NCBI GenBank assembly: GCA_963789395.1
Contig: CAWBKP010000021.1
Location: forward strand, 1 to 64,000
Direction: 5' to 3'
Source: an uncultured delta proteobacterium
GTDB lineage: Bacteria; Desulfobacterota; Desulfobacteria; Desulfobacterales; Desulfatirhabdiaceae
DNA: 64,000 bases
Shown here piece by piece: positions 1 through 11,546 of this stretch. The notes below the pieces were generated by a model. The model did no database searches. It worked only from the letters and a program-made list of their open reading frames with translations, and had not been told where the DNA came from. The translations under genes and the position numbers were made by a program. How positions within the stretch are numbered: position 1 is the first letter of the stretch; each line of letters opens with the position of its first letter.

Positions 1-209
1 TTCTTTGAAGAAATGTCCGTGCGATCTAAAATCGGCAGTCCGTATGCCGCTGTTTTCCCGGTGCCTGTCTGTGCGAGTCCGACGATATCTCTTGAATCGG
101 TCAGAATCTGCGGGATAACTTTTTCCTGAATCGGCGTTGGTAAATCAAACCCCAATGCGGTAATGGCCTGTATAATATTGTCTGTCAGTCCCAGTTTGGT
201 GAAATTCAA
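1..209 (-). CDS. DEAD/DEAH-box RNA helicase, N-terminal part (runs off the window edge)
   Basis: Manual translation from TTG at 209 gives MNFTKLGL...GFDLPTPIQEKVIP...GLAQTGTGKTAAYGLP (Q motif plus motif I). AGAGGA RBS upstream. Absent from the ORF track. Confidence 0.9.
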   Translation of the reverse strand, partial: MNFTKLGLTDNIIQAITALGFDLPTPIQEKVIPQILTDSRDIVGLAQTGTGKTAAYGLPILDRTDISSK

Positions 210-572
210 ATGCAAATCCTCTGTCTATGTCTTTCATGTTGAAAAAATAAATGATGATATCGGGCGTAAAAAAATGGGTTGCCAAATATGAAGTCTCTTC
301 TGGAATACGGGGGCAGGATCTTAAATCCGTCTTGCAGTTTTCAATAGTTTGAGTAGTTTAATCCAATTCAATGAAATTGGCAATACTTAATCCCGCCGAT
401 TTACATGTTCCTTGCAGGACAATAACGCTGGCCTATCCGCATAAACCATGTTAATCAGAAGTGCAATGAACGTATTGCATCGATAATAATCAGTCAGGTT
501 TTACAGTCTGTATTGAAAATGAAATGAACGCTCCAGGCGGTTGGCCGCTCTGGATAAGCAAAAATTAAGGTA

Positions 573-1373
573 ATGAAACCATTTTCCGAGTTTTCCATCC
601 CTGAATCCGGGACAATTCGATATGTCCTGACGGACATTGATGACACGCTGACGCTGAACGGACGCCTGCCATCCGTTGTGTTTGTTGCCATGGAAAAATT
701 ACAGGCGGCGGGGATTGCGGTGATTCCGATCACCGGCCGGCCGGCCGGATGGTGCGACCATATTGCGCGGATGTGGCCTGTGGATGCTGTTGTGGGTGAA
801 AACGGGGCGTTTTATTTTCACTATGACGGCGGCTCCCGCAGGATGACACGGCGTTACTGGAAGCGGCAGAAAGAACGCAGCCAAGACAGAAAGCGCCTTG
901 ATGCCGTTCAAAAAAAGATCCTTCAATCGGTTCCCGGCTCCCGGGTGGCTTCAGACCAGGCTTACCGGGAAGCGGATCTGGCCATTGATTTTTGTGAAGA
1001 TGTCGCGCCGTTGATGTCCGCTGATATTGACCGCATTGTGGCCTGTTTTGCGGAAGCAGGGGCTCAGGCAAAAATCAGCTCCATTCATGTCAATGGCTGG
1101 TTCGGAGATTATGACAAACTGGCCATGACCCGGTTGCTCTTTGAAGAGGTTTTTGGGGAAAATATGGATGCCATCCGAAACCAGGTGATTTTTACTGGGG
1201 ATTCCCCCAATGATGCGCCCATGTTCGGGTTTTTTCCCAATTCCGTCGGTGTTGCCAATGTGAAGAATTTTTCGGGGAAAATGCGCCATGATCCGGCATG
1301 GGTTACGGAAAGGGAAGGTGGATTCGGTTTTGCGGAGATGGTGGATCGACTGCTTGGCTCACTTCATTTATAG
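573..1373 (+). CDS. HAD-superfamily subfamily IIB hydrolase
   Basis: Motifs DIDDTL, ITGR, DK and GDSPND. Confidence 0.9.
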   Translation: MKPFSEFSIPESGTIRYVLTDIDDTLTLNGRLPSVVFVAMEKLQAAGIAVIPITGRPAGWCDHIARMWPVDAVVGENGAFYFHYDGGSRRMTRRYWKRQKERSQDRKRLDAVQKKILQSVPGSRVASDQAYREADLAIDFCEDVAPLMSADIDRIVACFAEAGAQAKISSIHVNGWFGDYDKLAMTRLLFEEVFGENMDAIRNQVIFTGDSPNDAPMFGFFPNSVGVANVKNFSGKMRHDPAWVTEREGGFGFAEMVDRLLGSLHL

Positions 1374-1395
1374 GCGGTCACAAACAGCAAAAATA

Positions 1396-1410
1396 TGCAT
1401 CTTAGATGCA
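1396..1410. promoter_or_regulatory. Palindrome TGCATCT-T-AGATGCA upstream of the V-ATPase operon (possible operator)
   Basis: Perfect 7-bp arms in the intergenic region; TTGACA at 1488-1493 downstream. Confidence 0.3.
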
Positions 1411-1672
1411 ACCCTATTGAACTGCGGATGTGAAGAATGAAGCCCAGCGCCGGTTTTTGAACTTTATTCAAAACCAGCAGAAATTGCTTGACAGATGAAT
1501 GCTCATAAAATAATAGCTGGGTATAAAATTTTTGACTATGTGTTCATTCTTTCCTGGTTTGAAGAAACGGCGTTTGTCACGCTGCAGCTTTCCGGCAAGA
1601 AACTATTCTGATTCCATCGGGAAGTTGCATTCATGCGCCGAACGTGAAGAAGATTCGCAAGGAGCCTGAAAA

Positions 1673-2330
1673 ATGGAAAATGATAAACTGCAAGGTTTGA
1701 TTGATGCCCTGAAAAAGCAGGGCGTGGACAGCGGAGAGAAGGCTGGTCAGGAGATCGTCGACTCCGCTCGCAAACAGTCCGAGGAAATTCTGGCGCAGGC
1801 CAGGGCGGAAGCGCTCTCTATTGTCGCTCAGGCCAAGGAAGAGAGCGAGAAGCAGATGAAGCGTCTCCAGTCCGCCATGGAAATCGCCGCCTCTCAGTTT
1901 GTCAATAACCTCAAGTCCGTCATCGAAGCAAAACCTCCTGACAATCCCCGTGAAAAACGAGCTTGGTAAAAATCTGAGTGATCCGGATTTTATGAAAACC
2001 CTGATGACGCGCTTTGTTGAGAGCTATGCAGCGGGTTCTGCCAGCGATCAAATCGAGCTGCTGCTGCCCAAAGGGACGCAGGAACCGTTAATGGACTTTG
2101 CCATGGAACTGATGGGGCGTTATTACGGAAAGGGCAAGGACGGCGAACAACTGGTTCTGAACCTGGACGCTCAGGATGTAAAATTCGGCTTTCAAGTCAA
2201 CAAGAAAGATGGCCATGTCCGGCTTGATTTCAGCGATGAGGCCTTTCTCTCCCTTTTCCGCGGTTTCCTGACGCCTAAATTCAGGGATTTTTTTAAAAGC
2301 ATTCATACTGGGAATCCGGCCGAAAAATGA
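1673..2330 (+). CDS. atpE: V/A-type ATP synthase subunit E (frameshift near 1930)
   Basis: The N-terminal helical ORF 1673-1969 (KLQGLIDALKKQGV...) and ORF 1899-2330 (...GFQV...LDFSDEAF) join into a typical subunit E. First gene of the operon. Confidence 0.85.
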
Positions 2331-3085
2331 AATATTATTTCCTTGTTGCCTACCTGCCTGAAATCCTCTTTGATGACACCAAAATCAGGATCTCGCTGAG
2401 TGAGCTGCTGGAAGAGCGTTACCATATCCCGGAAACTGACTGGAAAGAAATCGAGCTGGTTCTTTTGGGCCGGGATATTCTCATTCTCGATATGCTCCTG
2501 TCTGGAAAAACAATTGCTGTCGAGCATTCGCTATTTGAAATTGATTTCTGGCGCGAGCAGATCAAGTTTCCCAAAGAAGGCCCGGAGTTTATTTTAAAAT
2601 ATCTGAAAAGCATCGACTTGCAGTCGTTCGGGCCCAGGCAGATCGACGAGCTCTATGCCGCGTATTTTGATCATGTCGTGGCAACATCCGGCAACAAATT
2701 TCTTCGCGAGTATTTTATTTTTCAAAAGAATCTCCGAAACATCCTGACGGCTATCCGAGCGCGTGAAAAATTTCTTGAACCAGCGGATCATCTTGTCGGC
2801 GAGGGGGAGTTGGTGGAGATTCTGGGAACTTCGAATGCGGAAGATTTCGGTCTGGGAGACAGATACCCCTGGCTTGAGGGTCTTATTCAGGCTGTGGGGC
2901 CGCATCAGCGCCAGGAGGCGACTGAGAAGATTTTATGGGATTATTTGGATGAAAATGCAGGACCTGATCCCTTTCACTTTAACTCCATCCTGGTCTATCT
3001 GCTGAAAACAGAATTTCTGCAAAAGCGGCTGGCCATGAGTGAGGAAAAGGGAATGGAAACGGTCCGGCGCTTGGGGGGATTGTAA
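2327..3085 (+). CDS. DUF2764-family protein (V-ATPase subunit C-like)
   Basis: Starts MKYYFLVAYLP, ends FHFNSILVYLLK...EEKG; lies between subunits E and A as in Bacteroidota/Chlamydia/spirochaete-type operons. Confidence 0.75.
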   Translation: MKYYFLVAYLPEILFDDTKIRISLSELLEERYHIPETDWKEIELVLLGRDILILDMLLSGKTIAVEHSLFEIDFWREQIKFPKEGPEFILKYLKSIDLQSFGPRQIDELYAAYFDHVVATSGNKFLREYFIFQKNLRNILTAIRAREKFLEPADHLVGEGELVEILGTSNAEDFGLGDRYPWLEGLIQAVGPHQRQEATEKILWDYLDENAGPDPFHFNSILVYLLKTEFLQKRLAMSEEKGMETVRRLGGL

Positions 3086-3086
3086 T

Positions 3087-4838
3087 ATGTCCTTTATGGG
3101 AAAAGTAGTTGCAGCCTACGGAAACATGATGACCGCTTCTTTTGACGGAAGCGTCCGTCAGAACGAACTGGCGTATATTCACACGGCAGACGGCGGAAAA
3201 CTCAAGAGCGAAGTCATTCGAATTCGCGGAGATCGGTGTAATGTTCAGGTGTTCGAACTCACCCACGGCATCAAGGTCGGGGATTCCGTGGAGTTTACGG
3301 GGGACCTGCTGGTAGTGGAGCTGGGTCCGGGGCTGCTTCAGCAAATCTATGACGGCTTGCAGAATCCCCTGCCCAAGCTGGCGGAGGCCGCCGGTCTGTT
3401 TTTAAAACGCGGCGTTTACATGGATCCGCTTGATCGAGCGGTTCAGTGGGAGTTTACCCCGGTGGCCAAAGTCGGAGACTGGGTGGAGGCCGGGGATGTT
3501 CTGGGGTGGGTTCCGGAAGGAAAATTTGAACACCGGATATTTGTTCCCTTTAATTTTATCGGCCGGGCAAAAATAACGAAACTGGCGGACAAGGGCAGTT
3601 ATACCGTTGCCGATGTGATGGCAGAGGCTGGAAGATGAAGGCGGAAAAGCCCATAAGCTCGACCATGATTCAGCAGTGGCCGATCAAGATCCCCCTCAGC
3701 AACTATGAAGAGCGGCTCCTGCCGGTAGAACCCCTGGTCACGGGGTGCCGCATCATCGACTCGTTTTATCCGATTGCAAAAGGCGGAACCGCCTGTATTC
3801 CCGGGCCTTTCGGATCCGGAAAAACCGTGCTTCAGCAGCTTATTTCCCGGTACGCCAGCGCGGATATCATTATCGTGGCCGCCTGCGGGGAGCGGGCCGG
3901 AGAAGTGGTTGAAACCCTTCGGGAATTCCCACATTTGAAGATCCCTATACCGGCAAAACCCTTATCGAGCGCACCGTCATCATCTGCAACACTTCGTCAA
4001 TGCCCGTGGCTGCCCGTGAAGCCTCCATCTATACGGCCATTACCATCGGCGAGTACTACCGGCAAATGGGCCTGCATGTGTTTGATTCTTGCAGACTCGA
4101 CATCCCGGTGGGCTCAGGCCCTGCGGGAAATGAGCGGACGACTTGAAGAAATCCCCGGAGAAGAGGCGTTTCCGGCATATCTCCAGTCCCGGATCGCCGA
4201 ATTTTATGAGCGTGCGGGATCGGTCCGCCTGAAAGACGGAAAAATCGGTGCGGTGTCGGTCATCGGTACTGTTTCCCCTGCAGGCGGAAATTTTGAAGAG
4301 CCCGTGACGCAGGGGACGCTTGCCGTGGTCGGCGCTTTTCTCGGGCTGAGCTGGGCCAGATCCAATGCGCGACGATTTCCGGCCATTGACCCGCTCATGT
4401 CCTGGTCAAAGTATCTGGATCAGATGAAGGAAGAACTGGACCAGATCGATCCTGCCTGGGTGGAAACTGATCGGCGGTCCCAGAAACTGGTGTTTAGCGG
4501 CGATGAGGTGAAGAAACGAATGGACGTGGTCGGTGAAGAAGGAACGTCCCTGTCGGATTTCATCAGCTATTTGAAGGCCGAATTCATGGATGCGGTATAT
4601 CTTCAGCAGAACGCATTTGATGAGGTGGACGCATACAACACCATCGAGCGTCAGGTGTATACGTTTAAAAAAGTGTTTGCCAGATGATGAATAATGACAT
4701 CGTGGCCAAGGATAAGGATGATGCGCGGAACATCTTTTTCCGTCTGACGTCGCTGTTCAGAAACTGGAATTCCTCGGCATGGCAAAGCGAGGAGTGGAAA
4801 GATACGAGTCGCAAATCACTGAGTTCGTAGGGTGCTGA
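3087..4838 (+). CDS. atpA: V/A-type ATP synthase subunit A (apparent frameshifts near 3630, 3940, 4078, 4678 and 4800)
   Basis: [16 protein letters not shown], Walker [38 protein letters not shown]. Confidence 0.95.
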
Positions 4839-4841
4839 ACA

Positions 4842-6161
4842 ATGAGACAGATCATTACGAAAATTGACGAAATAACAGGAAACATCGCCACACTCAAGGC
4901 CACGGGGATCGGTCTCGGGGAGCTTGCCGTGGTCGAATCTCCGGGAAAGACCACGCTGGGTCAGGTCATTTCGCTCAACCAGGACAATGTAACGGTCCAG
5001 GTTTTCGGCGGCACAAAAGGCATTTCCACCAGCGACCGGGTCCGGTTTTTAGGGCATCCCATGATGGTCAAGTACGGAAATTCTCTGCTGGGCCGGATAT
5101 TTAATGGTTCCGGCGTGCCGATTGATGGCGGGCCGGAACCGCAGGAAGAGGAAATCGCCATCGGAGGGCCTTCCTTCAATCCCGCCAACCGGATTATCCC
5201 CAATCAGATGATCCGCACCAATATCCCCATGATCGATCTTTTCAATTCGCTGGTGGTCAGCCAGAAGCTGCCCATTTTCTCGATTCCCGGAGAGCCCTAC
5301 AATCAGCTCCTGGCGCGCGTGGGCATGCAGGCCGAGGCGGATATCATCATTCTGGGCGGCATGGGGCTTAAATTCGACGATTTCACCTTTTTCAAGCGCA
5401 CTTTTGAAGAAAGCGGCGTCATGAACCGGGTCATCATGTTCATTCATCTGGCATCCGATCCGGTTGTGGAATGTCTGCTCGTTCCGGATATGTCGCTGGC
5501 CGTTGCGGAGCGCTTTGCGGAAGCCGGCAAGCGGGTCCTGGTGCTCCTGACGGATATGACCAATTTTGCGGACTCCCTGAAGGAAATCTCCATTTCCATG
5601 GAGCAGATTCCCTCCAACCGCGGGTATCCGGGCGATCTGTATTCCCAGCTGGCGTACCGCTATGAAAAAGCCGTGGATATTGAAGGCTCGGGTTCCATCA
5701 CGATTCTGGCGGTGACCACCATGCCGGGCGATGACGTCACCCACCCGATTCCGGATAACACCGGGTATATCACCGAAGGCCAGTTCTATCTCCGTCATGG
5801 CGTCATTGACCCGTTCGGCTCCCTGTCCCGGTTAAAACAAAATGTCGTGTCCAAAGTCACGCGCAGGGATCACAATGATATCATGAACGCGATGATCCGG
5901 CTGTACTCGGATTGCCGGGAGTCCCGAAACAAGATCGCCATGGGGTTCAAAGTCTCGAAATGGGATGAGACACTTCTGTCATATGGCCAGGAATTCGAGC
6001 GGGAGATGATGGATCTGAATGTCAATATGCCGATTGAGCAGGCCCTGGACAGGTGCTGGGAGATACTGTCGCGGAATTTTGAGCCGGTTCAGACCGGTCT
6101 CAAGGAAGAATTGATCAAAGAATACTGGCCCAAGAGCCAGGTGGCAAGACAGGCGGCCTAA
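4842..6161 (+). CDS. atpB: V/A-type ATP synthase subunit B
   Basis: [42 protein letters not shown]. Confidence 0.97.
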   Translation: MRQIITKIDEITGNIATLKATGIGLGELAVVESPGKTTLGQVISLNQDNVTVQVFGGTKGISTSDRVRFLGHPMMVKYGNSLLGRIFNGSGVPIDGGPEPQEEEIAIGGPSFNPANRIIPNQMIRTNIPMIDLFNSLVVSQKLPIFSIPGEPYNQLLARVGMQAEADIIILGGMGLKFDDFTFFKRTFEESGVMNRVIMFIHLASDPVVECLLVPDMSLAVAERFAEAGKRVLVLLTDMTNFADSLKEISISMEQIPSNRGYPGDLYSQLAYRYEKAVDIEGSGSITILAVTTMPGDDVTHPIPDNTGYITEGQFYLRHGVIDPFGSLSRLKQNVVSKVTRRDHNDIMNAMIRLYSDCRESRNKIAMGFKVSKWDETLLSYGQEFEREMMDLNVNMPIEQALDRCWEILSRNFEPVQTGLKEELIKEYWPKSQVARQAA

Positions 6162-6164
6162 GCT

Positions 6165-6762
6165 ATGCCGGAAAAACCCAAGTTCAACAAGACAGCACTT
6201 AAAGGGCAGCGGGATGCGCTGACGAAATACCAGAAGTTTCTGCCCATTCTGCTGTTAAAGAAAATGCAGCTTCAGATGGTGATTCGTCAGATGGAGCCGG
6301 TTCTGGAAGGCAAACGTCTTGAACTGGATCAGACCATGTCGGGGATTCAACCCTGGGGCAGGCTTCTTTCCGAGCCGGCCGTCGAAATTGAAGACTATCT
6401 TCAAATTGAAGCCATACGCACCCGAAAAGACAATATCGCAGGGGTGGAGGTGCCCGAGTTCGTGGGCGTGGTGTACAAGGAGGTTCCTCTACTCCCTGTT
6501 CGCCACCCCTGTCTGGCTGGATAAAGCATTAAAAGATTTAAAGAAGTTGGTGACAATTCGGGAGGATCTGCGGACATTGCTGGAAAAGGAGTCTCTTCTC
6601 AGGCAGGAGTTGCGCACCACAACGCAGCGCGTGAATCTTTTTGAGAAAAAACTCATTCCGGAACTCAAAGAGAATATTCGAAAGATCAAGATTTTCCTGG
6701 GAGATGAAGAGACGGCAGCAGTGGGCCGGGCCAAGCAGGCCAAGGCCAAACTGGTGGGATAA
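6165..6762 (+). CDS. atpD: V/A-type ATP synthase subunit D (frameshift near 6485)
   Basis: N-terminal LPILLLKK..L, NIAGVEVP, and ELRTTTQRVNLFEKKLIP. Confidence 0.92.
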
Positions 6763-6776
6763 GAGGTGGCGGCAGC

Positions 6777-8555
6777 ATGATCGTTAAAATGAAAAAAATC
6801 ACTTTTGTGGGGCTGAATGCGGAAAAAGACCGGTTCATTCATCGTCTTCAGGAGGTGGGGGTGACGCACATCACCCTTCCAAAAGAGAGCGCTGAGCCGA
6901 CCGAACTGATTCGGGAACTCCAGAAAGTGAGCGAAGTCCGAAAATTCCTTGCCCGTATCGGGACGGCATCTCAGTCTTCAGACCTTTCATCCGACTATAC
7001 TGAAATCTGTACACAACGTGAGGAACTGAGTCAAAAGGAGTCTCGCCTGCAAGGCGAGATCAGCGCCCTGTTAAAAGAGCGGATGGCGCTGACGCCATGG
7101 GGAGAGTTTGATCCCGGAGATATTGCGCTGCTTCGCGAGAAAGGGCTTGATATCCGGTTTTACCGGATGTCCCGCGAGATATTTGAGGCAATGCCCCTTG
7201 AGAAGGTTTATTGCCATGTAACGCGGGAAACCAAAGGCGAGGTGCTCTTGATCGCCTTATCCGCTGAGCGGATTTCGCTGGGGTTGCCGGAAGAAAAATT
7301 ACCTGCCAAAAGCCTTTCCCAGGTCGAAGGCGAAATTCTGGCCAGAAAGGATGAACTGGCCCGGATTCAAACCGAATACGCGGCGCTGGCAGGAAAACTT
7401 CAATTCCTGATGGGAGCTGAGACCCGGCTGAAGGATGACTGTGAATATCAGAAAGTGCTTATCAATACGAATACGTTTCTGGAGGATCGCCTTTTTCTGC
7501 TGAACTGCTGGTCGCCGCTTCCTGAAGAAGAGCTGATTCAACTCCATCGGCCCCGGATTTACCTTCAGCCATTTCAGCGAGGAACCGGAGGACGGGGATC
7601 GCGTGCCAATTCTTTTGTCGAATAAAACTACCTGCGACTCCGGAGAAGATCTGGTAAAGATTTACTCGCTTCCCAATTATACGGAATTTGATCCCAGCGG
7701 GGTGGTCCTGTATACGTTTGCGATTTTCTATGGCATGATTATCGGAGATGCAGGTTATGGCCTGTTTTTTCTGCTGTTAAGCCTCTTTCTGCACTGGAAG
7801 GTTAAAAGCGTCGATCCGCTCTGGATCCGTTTCCGCCGTTTGTCTTACATGCTGGCCGGATCCGTCATTTTTTTCGGAATAATCTCGGCCTCGTATTTCG
7901 GGGTCAACCTGGCTGATGACAATCCGCTAAACAAGGTGATGTTCCTTAATTTCAACACCAAGGAAGGCCAGAACCACGCCATGCTCTTTTCCGTGATCAT
8001 CGGCATGATTCACCTTTCTTTTGCGCATGCCATAAAATTTTACCGGACCCGGGATTTTACATCCCTGGGCTGGATTGTCGTTATCTGGTCCGGCTATGCG
8101 CTTTTGGATGCAAGAATGGTGAAAGGGGTTGAAGCGCCGATTGCAACCTATGTCCTGATCCTGGGGTTGGGTCTGGTCATTTTGTTCACTTCCAGCAATA
8201 AAAATTTTATTATCCGAATTCTTGCCGGTCTGAACGGGGCTCTGGGCATTGTTCAGCTTTTTGCGGATGTGCTGTCCTATATCCGGCTTTTTGCGCTGGG
8301 TTTGGCAACCATGTACATGTGCCAGACCTTCAATATGCTGTCTGTCATGGCTTATAAAAGCTTGCCGTATGTGGGGATTATACATGGCCGTTGCTGATTC
8401 TGGTTTGCGGACATGCGATCAATCTGGTTTTGGGAATTATGGGAGGCGTTGTTCACGGCCTCCGGTTGAATTTTCTGGAATGGTATCGTTGGTGTATAGA
8501 GGGAGATGGTCTGCCCTTCAAGCCCTTTAGAAAAATTGCAAAGCAGGCTTTATAA
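6777..8555 (+). CDS. atpI: V/A-type ATP synthase subunit I (frameshifts near 7545 and 8380-8395)
   Basis: MIVKMKKI start, FYGMIIGDAGYG, DVLSYIRLFALGLA, and a manually read C-terminus VHGLRLNFLEW...GDGLPFKPF. Confidence 0.92.
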
Positions 8556-8571
8556 CAGAGGAGGAGAGGAA

Positions 8572-9006
8572 ATGGATATTGGAACAATGCTTGGATATGC
8601 AGGATGCGCTTGTGCCATAGGACTTCCGGCCATTGGCAGCGCAATTGGCGTGGGCGCTGCCGGCGCGGTTTCTCATGGCGCCATGGCCAAGGTTGACGAA
8701 GGTCACGGACAGTTTATCGGCGTATCGGCCGCGCCATCCAGCCAGACCATCTATGGACTGATTTTGATGTTCGTGCTGCTTCCGAAAATTAAGGAGTCCG
8801 GACTGGGGGTGTTCAGTGTGGGGGTTTTTTGCGGGCTGGCCATCATGTTTTCAGCCATATTCCAGGGAAAAGTCGCCGTGACGACCATTTTAGGCGCGTC
8901 TAAAAAGCCGGAGATTTTTGGTAAGTGCTTTGCAGCGGTCGGTATTGTTGAAAGCTTTGCAATTTTTGCCCTGGTTGCCGGCATTGTCATGGCTGGATCA
9001 TTATAA
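8572..9006 (+). CDS. atpK: V/A-type ATP synthase rotor subunit K (four-TM c subunit)
   Basis: GSAIGVG..G, PSSQTIYG, FQGK and GIVESFAIF; strong RBS GGAGGAG. Confidence 0.93.
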   Translation: MDIGTMLGYAGCACAIGLPAIGSAIGVGAAGAVSHGAMAKVDEGHGQFIGVSAAPSSQTIYGLILMFVLLPKIKESGLGVFSVGVFCGLAIMFSAIFQGKVAVTTILGASKKPEIFGKCFAAVGIVESFAIFALVAGIVMAGSL

Positions 9007-9094
9007 CAATTGTTTTATCAGGGATATTATACGATATTTTGATAAAGGCATTACACCTGCGAAAGTGGTTAAGGATTATCGAAAGGAACTTCCG

Positions 9095-9715
9095 ATGGCT
9101 GTAGTTACATTTGCCAGGCAATACGGTTCGGGTGCAAGCGTGATCAGCAGCAGAGTGGCGAAACGTCTCGGGTATCAGTTGATTGATAAAACCATGCTGG
9201 ACATGCTGGCCCAAAAGGCCAATGTTTCAGTTCAGCGCGTGGCCGATATTGAGAAAACAACCGGAGATAAGTTCCTTTCCTTAATCGCGGAAGTGATTGC
9301 GACCAGTCCCCTGACGCGAAATATCCCGGGCATCAGCACGGATTTTGATGAGAGAAAATATCTGATGTTCCTGAAAAAGGCCATCACGGAAGTGGCCTCT
9401 TCCGGAAACGTGGTCATCATCGGCCGCGGCAGTCAGCTGATATTGAAAGACCATCCGCGAACCGTTCGCGTCTATATTGTCGGGGAAGAAGAAGACCGAA
9501 TTCAAAATCTGATGAACCTGCATCAAGTGGACCGCGAAAAGGCCCAGCATGTGGCGGACCGGGAAGAAAAAAAGAGGCTGGCTTTTCTTGAAAAATTTGG
9601 AGCAGGCTCTTCTGAAAATCCATTGATCTACCATCTGACGATCAACACGAGTGTTGTGGATTATGAAATGGCCGTTGATTTCATCTGTAGTCTTGTAGAG
9701 AGAATCGAAAAATAA
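9095..9715 (+). CDS. Cytidylate kinase-like family protein
   Basis: VVTFARQYGSG, NVVIIGRG, YHLTINT. Confidence 0.85.
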   Translation: MAVVTFARQYGSGASVISSRVAKRLGYQLIDKTMLDMLAQKANVSVQRVADIEKTTGDKFLSLIAEVIATSPLTRNIPGISTDFDERKYLMFLKKAITEVASSGNVVIIGRGSQLILKDHPRTVRVYIVGEEEDRIQNLMNLHQVDREKAQHVADREEKKRLAFLEKFGAGSSENPLIYHLTINTSVVDYEMAVDFICSLVERIEK

Positions 9716-9773
9716 TACAAAAACAGTCTTGAACTCACCCGTTCATAAAATTTATCGTAAGTAAAAGTGATCC

Positions 9774-9844
9774 ACAGAGAACGCAAAGTTAGTTGGCGGA
9801 GAAAACGAATCTTTTTTCACAACCCTTATCTTTGCGCTCTCTGT
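9774..9844. repeat. Intergenic inverted repeat (REP-like or bidirectional terminator) between convergent genes
   Basis: CAGAGAACGCAAAG (9775-9788) versus CTTTGCGCTCTCTG (9830-9843): 13/14 complementary. Confidence 0.5.
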
Positions 9845-9886
9845 TGAAAAACTTGGCTTTGCCCCGGTGAAATCTTTCCGTCTGTT

Positions 9887-10255
9887 TCACGTTCTAGCCA
9901 GCGCAAATTCCGTCTGAACCTCTCCTTTTAGAATATGTCGCCGAAACACCTGACGCATTTTATTTGAATCCATCAGCTGATAGATCACGGGTTTATCCCC
10001 CTGGATTTCGATGGTCACATTGGGTTCGGTGGTGCACATCCCGATGCAGCTGGAGGCGGTTACCTGAATGTCCTGCCTGTCTGTCTGAGCAATTTCCGCC
10101 ATCAGAGCAGTCATCACTTCTCTGGCGCCGGCGGATATCCCGCAAGTACTCATGTGAACTGTGACCTTGGCTTTGAATTGCCCGCTTCGCAGGGATGTCT
10201 CCTTCTGCGTCTTTTCTTTGAGATTCTTTAAATCCTGAACAGTCAGTTTCGCCAT
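9887..10255 (-). CDS. Thioredoxin-like (2Fe-2S) ferredoxin, HndB/HydD-like
   Basis: VHMSTCGISAGA...SCIGMCTTEP, the typical HndB pattern. Confidence 0.85.
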   Translation of the reverse strand: MAKLTVQDLKNLKEKTQKETSLRSGQFKAKVTVHMSTCGISAGAREVMTALMAEIAQTDRQDIQVTASSCIGMCTTEPNVTIEIQGDKPVIYQLMDSNKMRQVFRRHILKGEVQTEFALART

Positions 10256-10812
10256 GGGAGCGTCCTTTCAACAGGTAGAGTCCGGTTCAAGGTTGTTAAG
10301 TGGTTTCGAATAATCGCCCCAAGTTCCGCCAGAACGGCCGGATCAGCCAGATTCATTTCACTGCGGAGCAATCGGGTATTCAGCGTGAAATGGTTTCTGT
10401 TTACTACATGATGGTAGATAAAATCAACCTTTCTATCCCATGTCATCAATGTCGTCAGGGTGGAAGCCATATCTCCCAGAGGCGGGCGGTCAATGTGATT
10501 GAGCATAAAGACTGCCGTGACCGAGGTTCCGTTTTCAGGGGTCGAAATCAGTTTCATCCATCCACTGCAAAGCTGTGCCATGTGTTCCAGAAGCGAAAGC
10601 CCCAGGCCGATTTTACGGGTGGAGCGCGTGGAAAAAAAAGGATTGGTTGCCTGCGGCAGGATATGCTGCGGGATTCCCCTGCCGTTATCCCGAATCTTTA
10701 TTTTAAGAAAGTTGGCAGCTGTGTTTTCATGTATGAGCATCCTGACGACGCTGGCGTTTGCGGCAATGCTGTTTTCAACGATGTCCAGGATATGCAGGGA
10801 GAGTTCTCGCAA
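10243..10812 (-). CDS. HATPase_c (histidine-kinase-like) ATP-binding protein of hydrogenase accessory clusters
   Basis: MRELSLHILDIVENS, DNGRG, GLGL, HIDRPPLGD. Confidence 0.88.
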   Translation of the reverse strand: MRELSLHILDIVENSIAANASVVRMLIHENTAANFLKIKIRDNGRGIPQHILPQATNPFFSTRSTRKIGLGLSLLEHMAQLCSGWMKLISTPENGTSVTAVFMLNHIDRPPLGDMASTLTTLMTWDRKVDFIYHHVVNRNHFTLNTRLLRSEMNLADPAVLAELGAIIRNHLTTLNRTLPVERTLPWRN

Positions 10813-11545
10813 TTAAAAGACCTTTCGATTGCCCTTGCCACGCAAAGCCTGTTTGATTTCAGTGACGGATGGCGATTTCAATAAAAATGTGGAATACACC
10901 GCGCCAATGTCGCCGATAAAATGGGCATCCGATGAGGTGATACAGGGAAAATCAGTTATGCCGGGAAGTTTGGCGCCTGGCTTCTGAAGGGGTTGTATGT
11001 CTGGATACTTCAACGCCGTCCAGCAGCACATCGGCAGGAATAAATCCCAGTTGGCTCAAAATGCTGTAATATGGTCTGTCCACATGCGCAGCAATGCAAA
11101 TTCCCCCCAACTGATGAATCCGTGCTGCAATCTCAGCTATCCCTAAGCGTGTGGCGCCGATGAGGCGGCGGGGATTTTCTCCCAGGGCATCGTTGTTCTC
11201 GTTGGCAATCACCTGAAACCCGAAAACTTCCGGGCGGTTTTCACCTTCAAGATTATTGTAAACCAGCATCTGCAGAGAAAATACCTGATCCAGTTTATCA
11301 AAAATACCCAGTAAATGCACTTCTTCTTTGGAGCAGATTTCCATTCCCGGCAGTACGCAGATGCCGGACTTCATGCCTTCCCGCATCGTTGCCGCAACGT
11401 TTTCCGCCGTATTGTGGTCGCAGATAGCTATCATATCAAGCCCCAGACGAGATGCCTGTTTGATGATGCCGGACGGCGTCATTTCCCAGTCCCCGCAGGG
11501 AGAAAGGCAGGTATGAATATGCAGATCGGCTTTATAATATTTCAC
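10813..11545 (-). CDS. PHP-domain phosphoesterase (frameshift near 10990)
   Basis: ADLHIHTCLSPC, ICDHN, AAHVDR; SSDAH is in the downstream frame. GTG start at 11545. Confidence 0.88.
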
Positions 11546-11546
11546 T

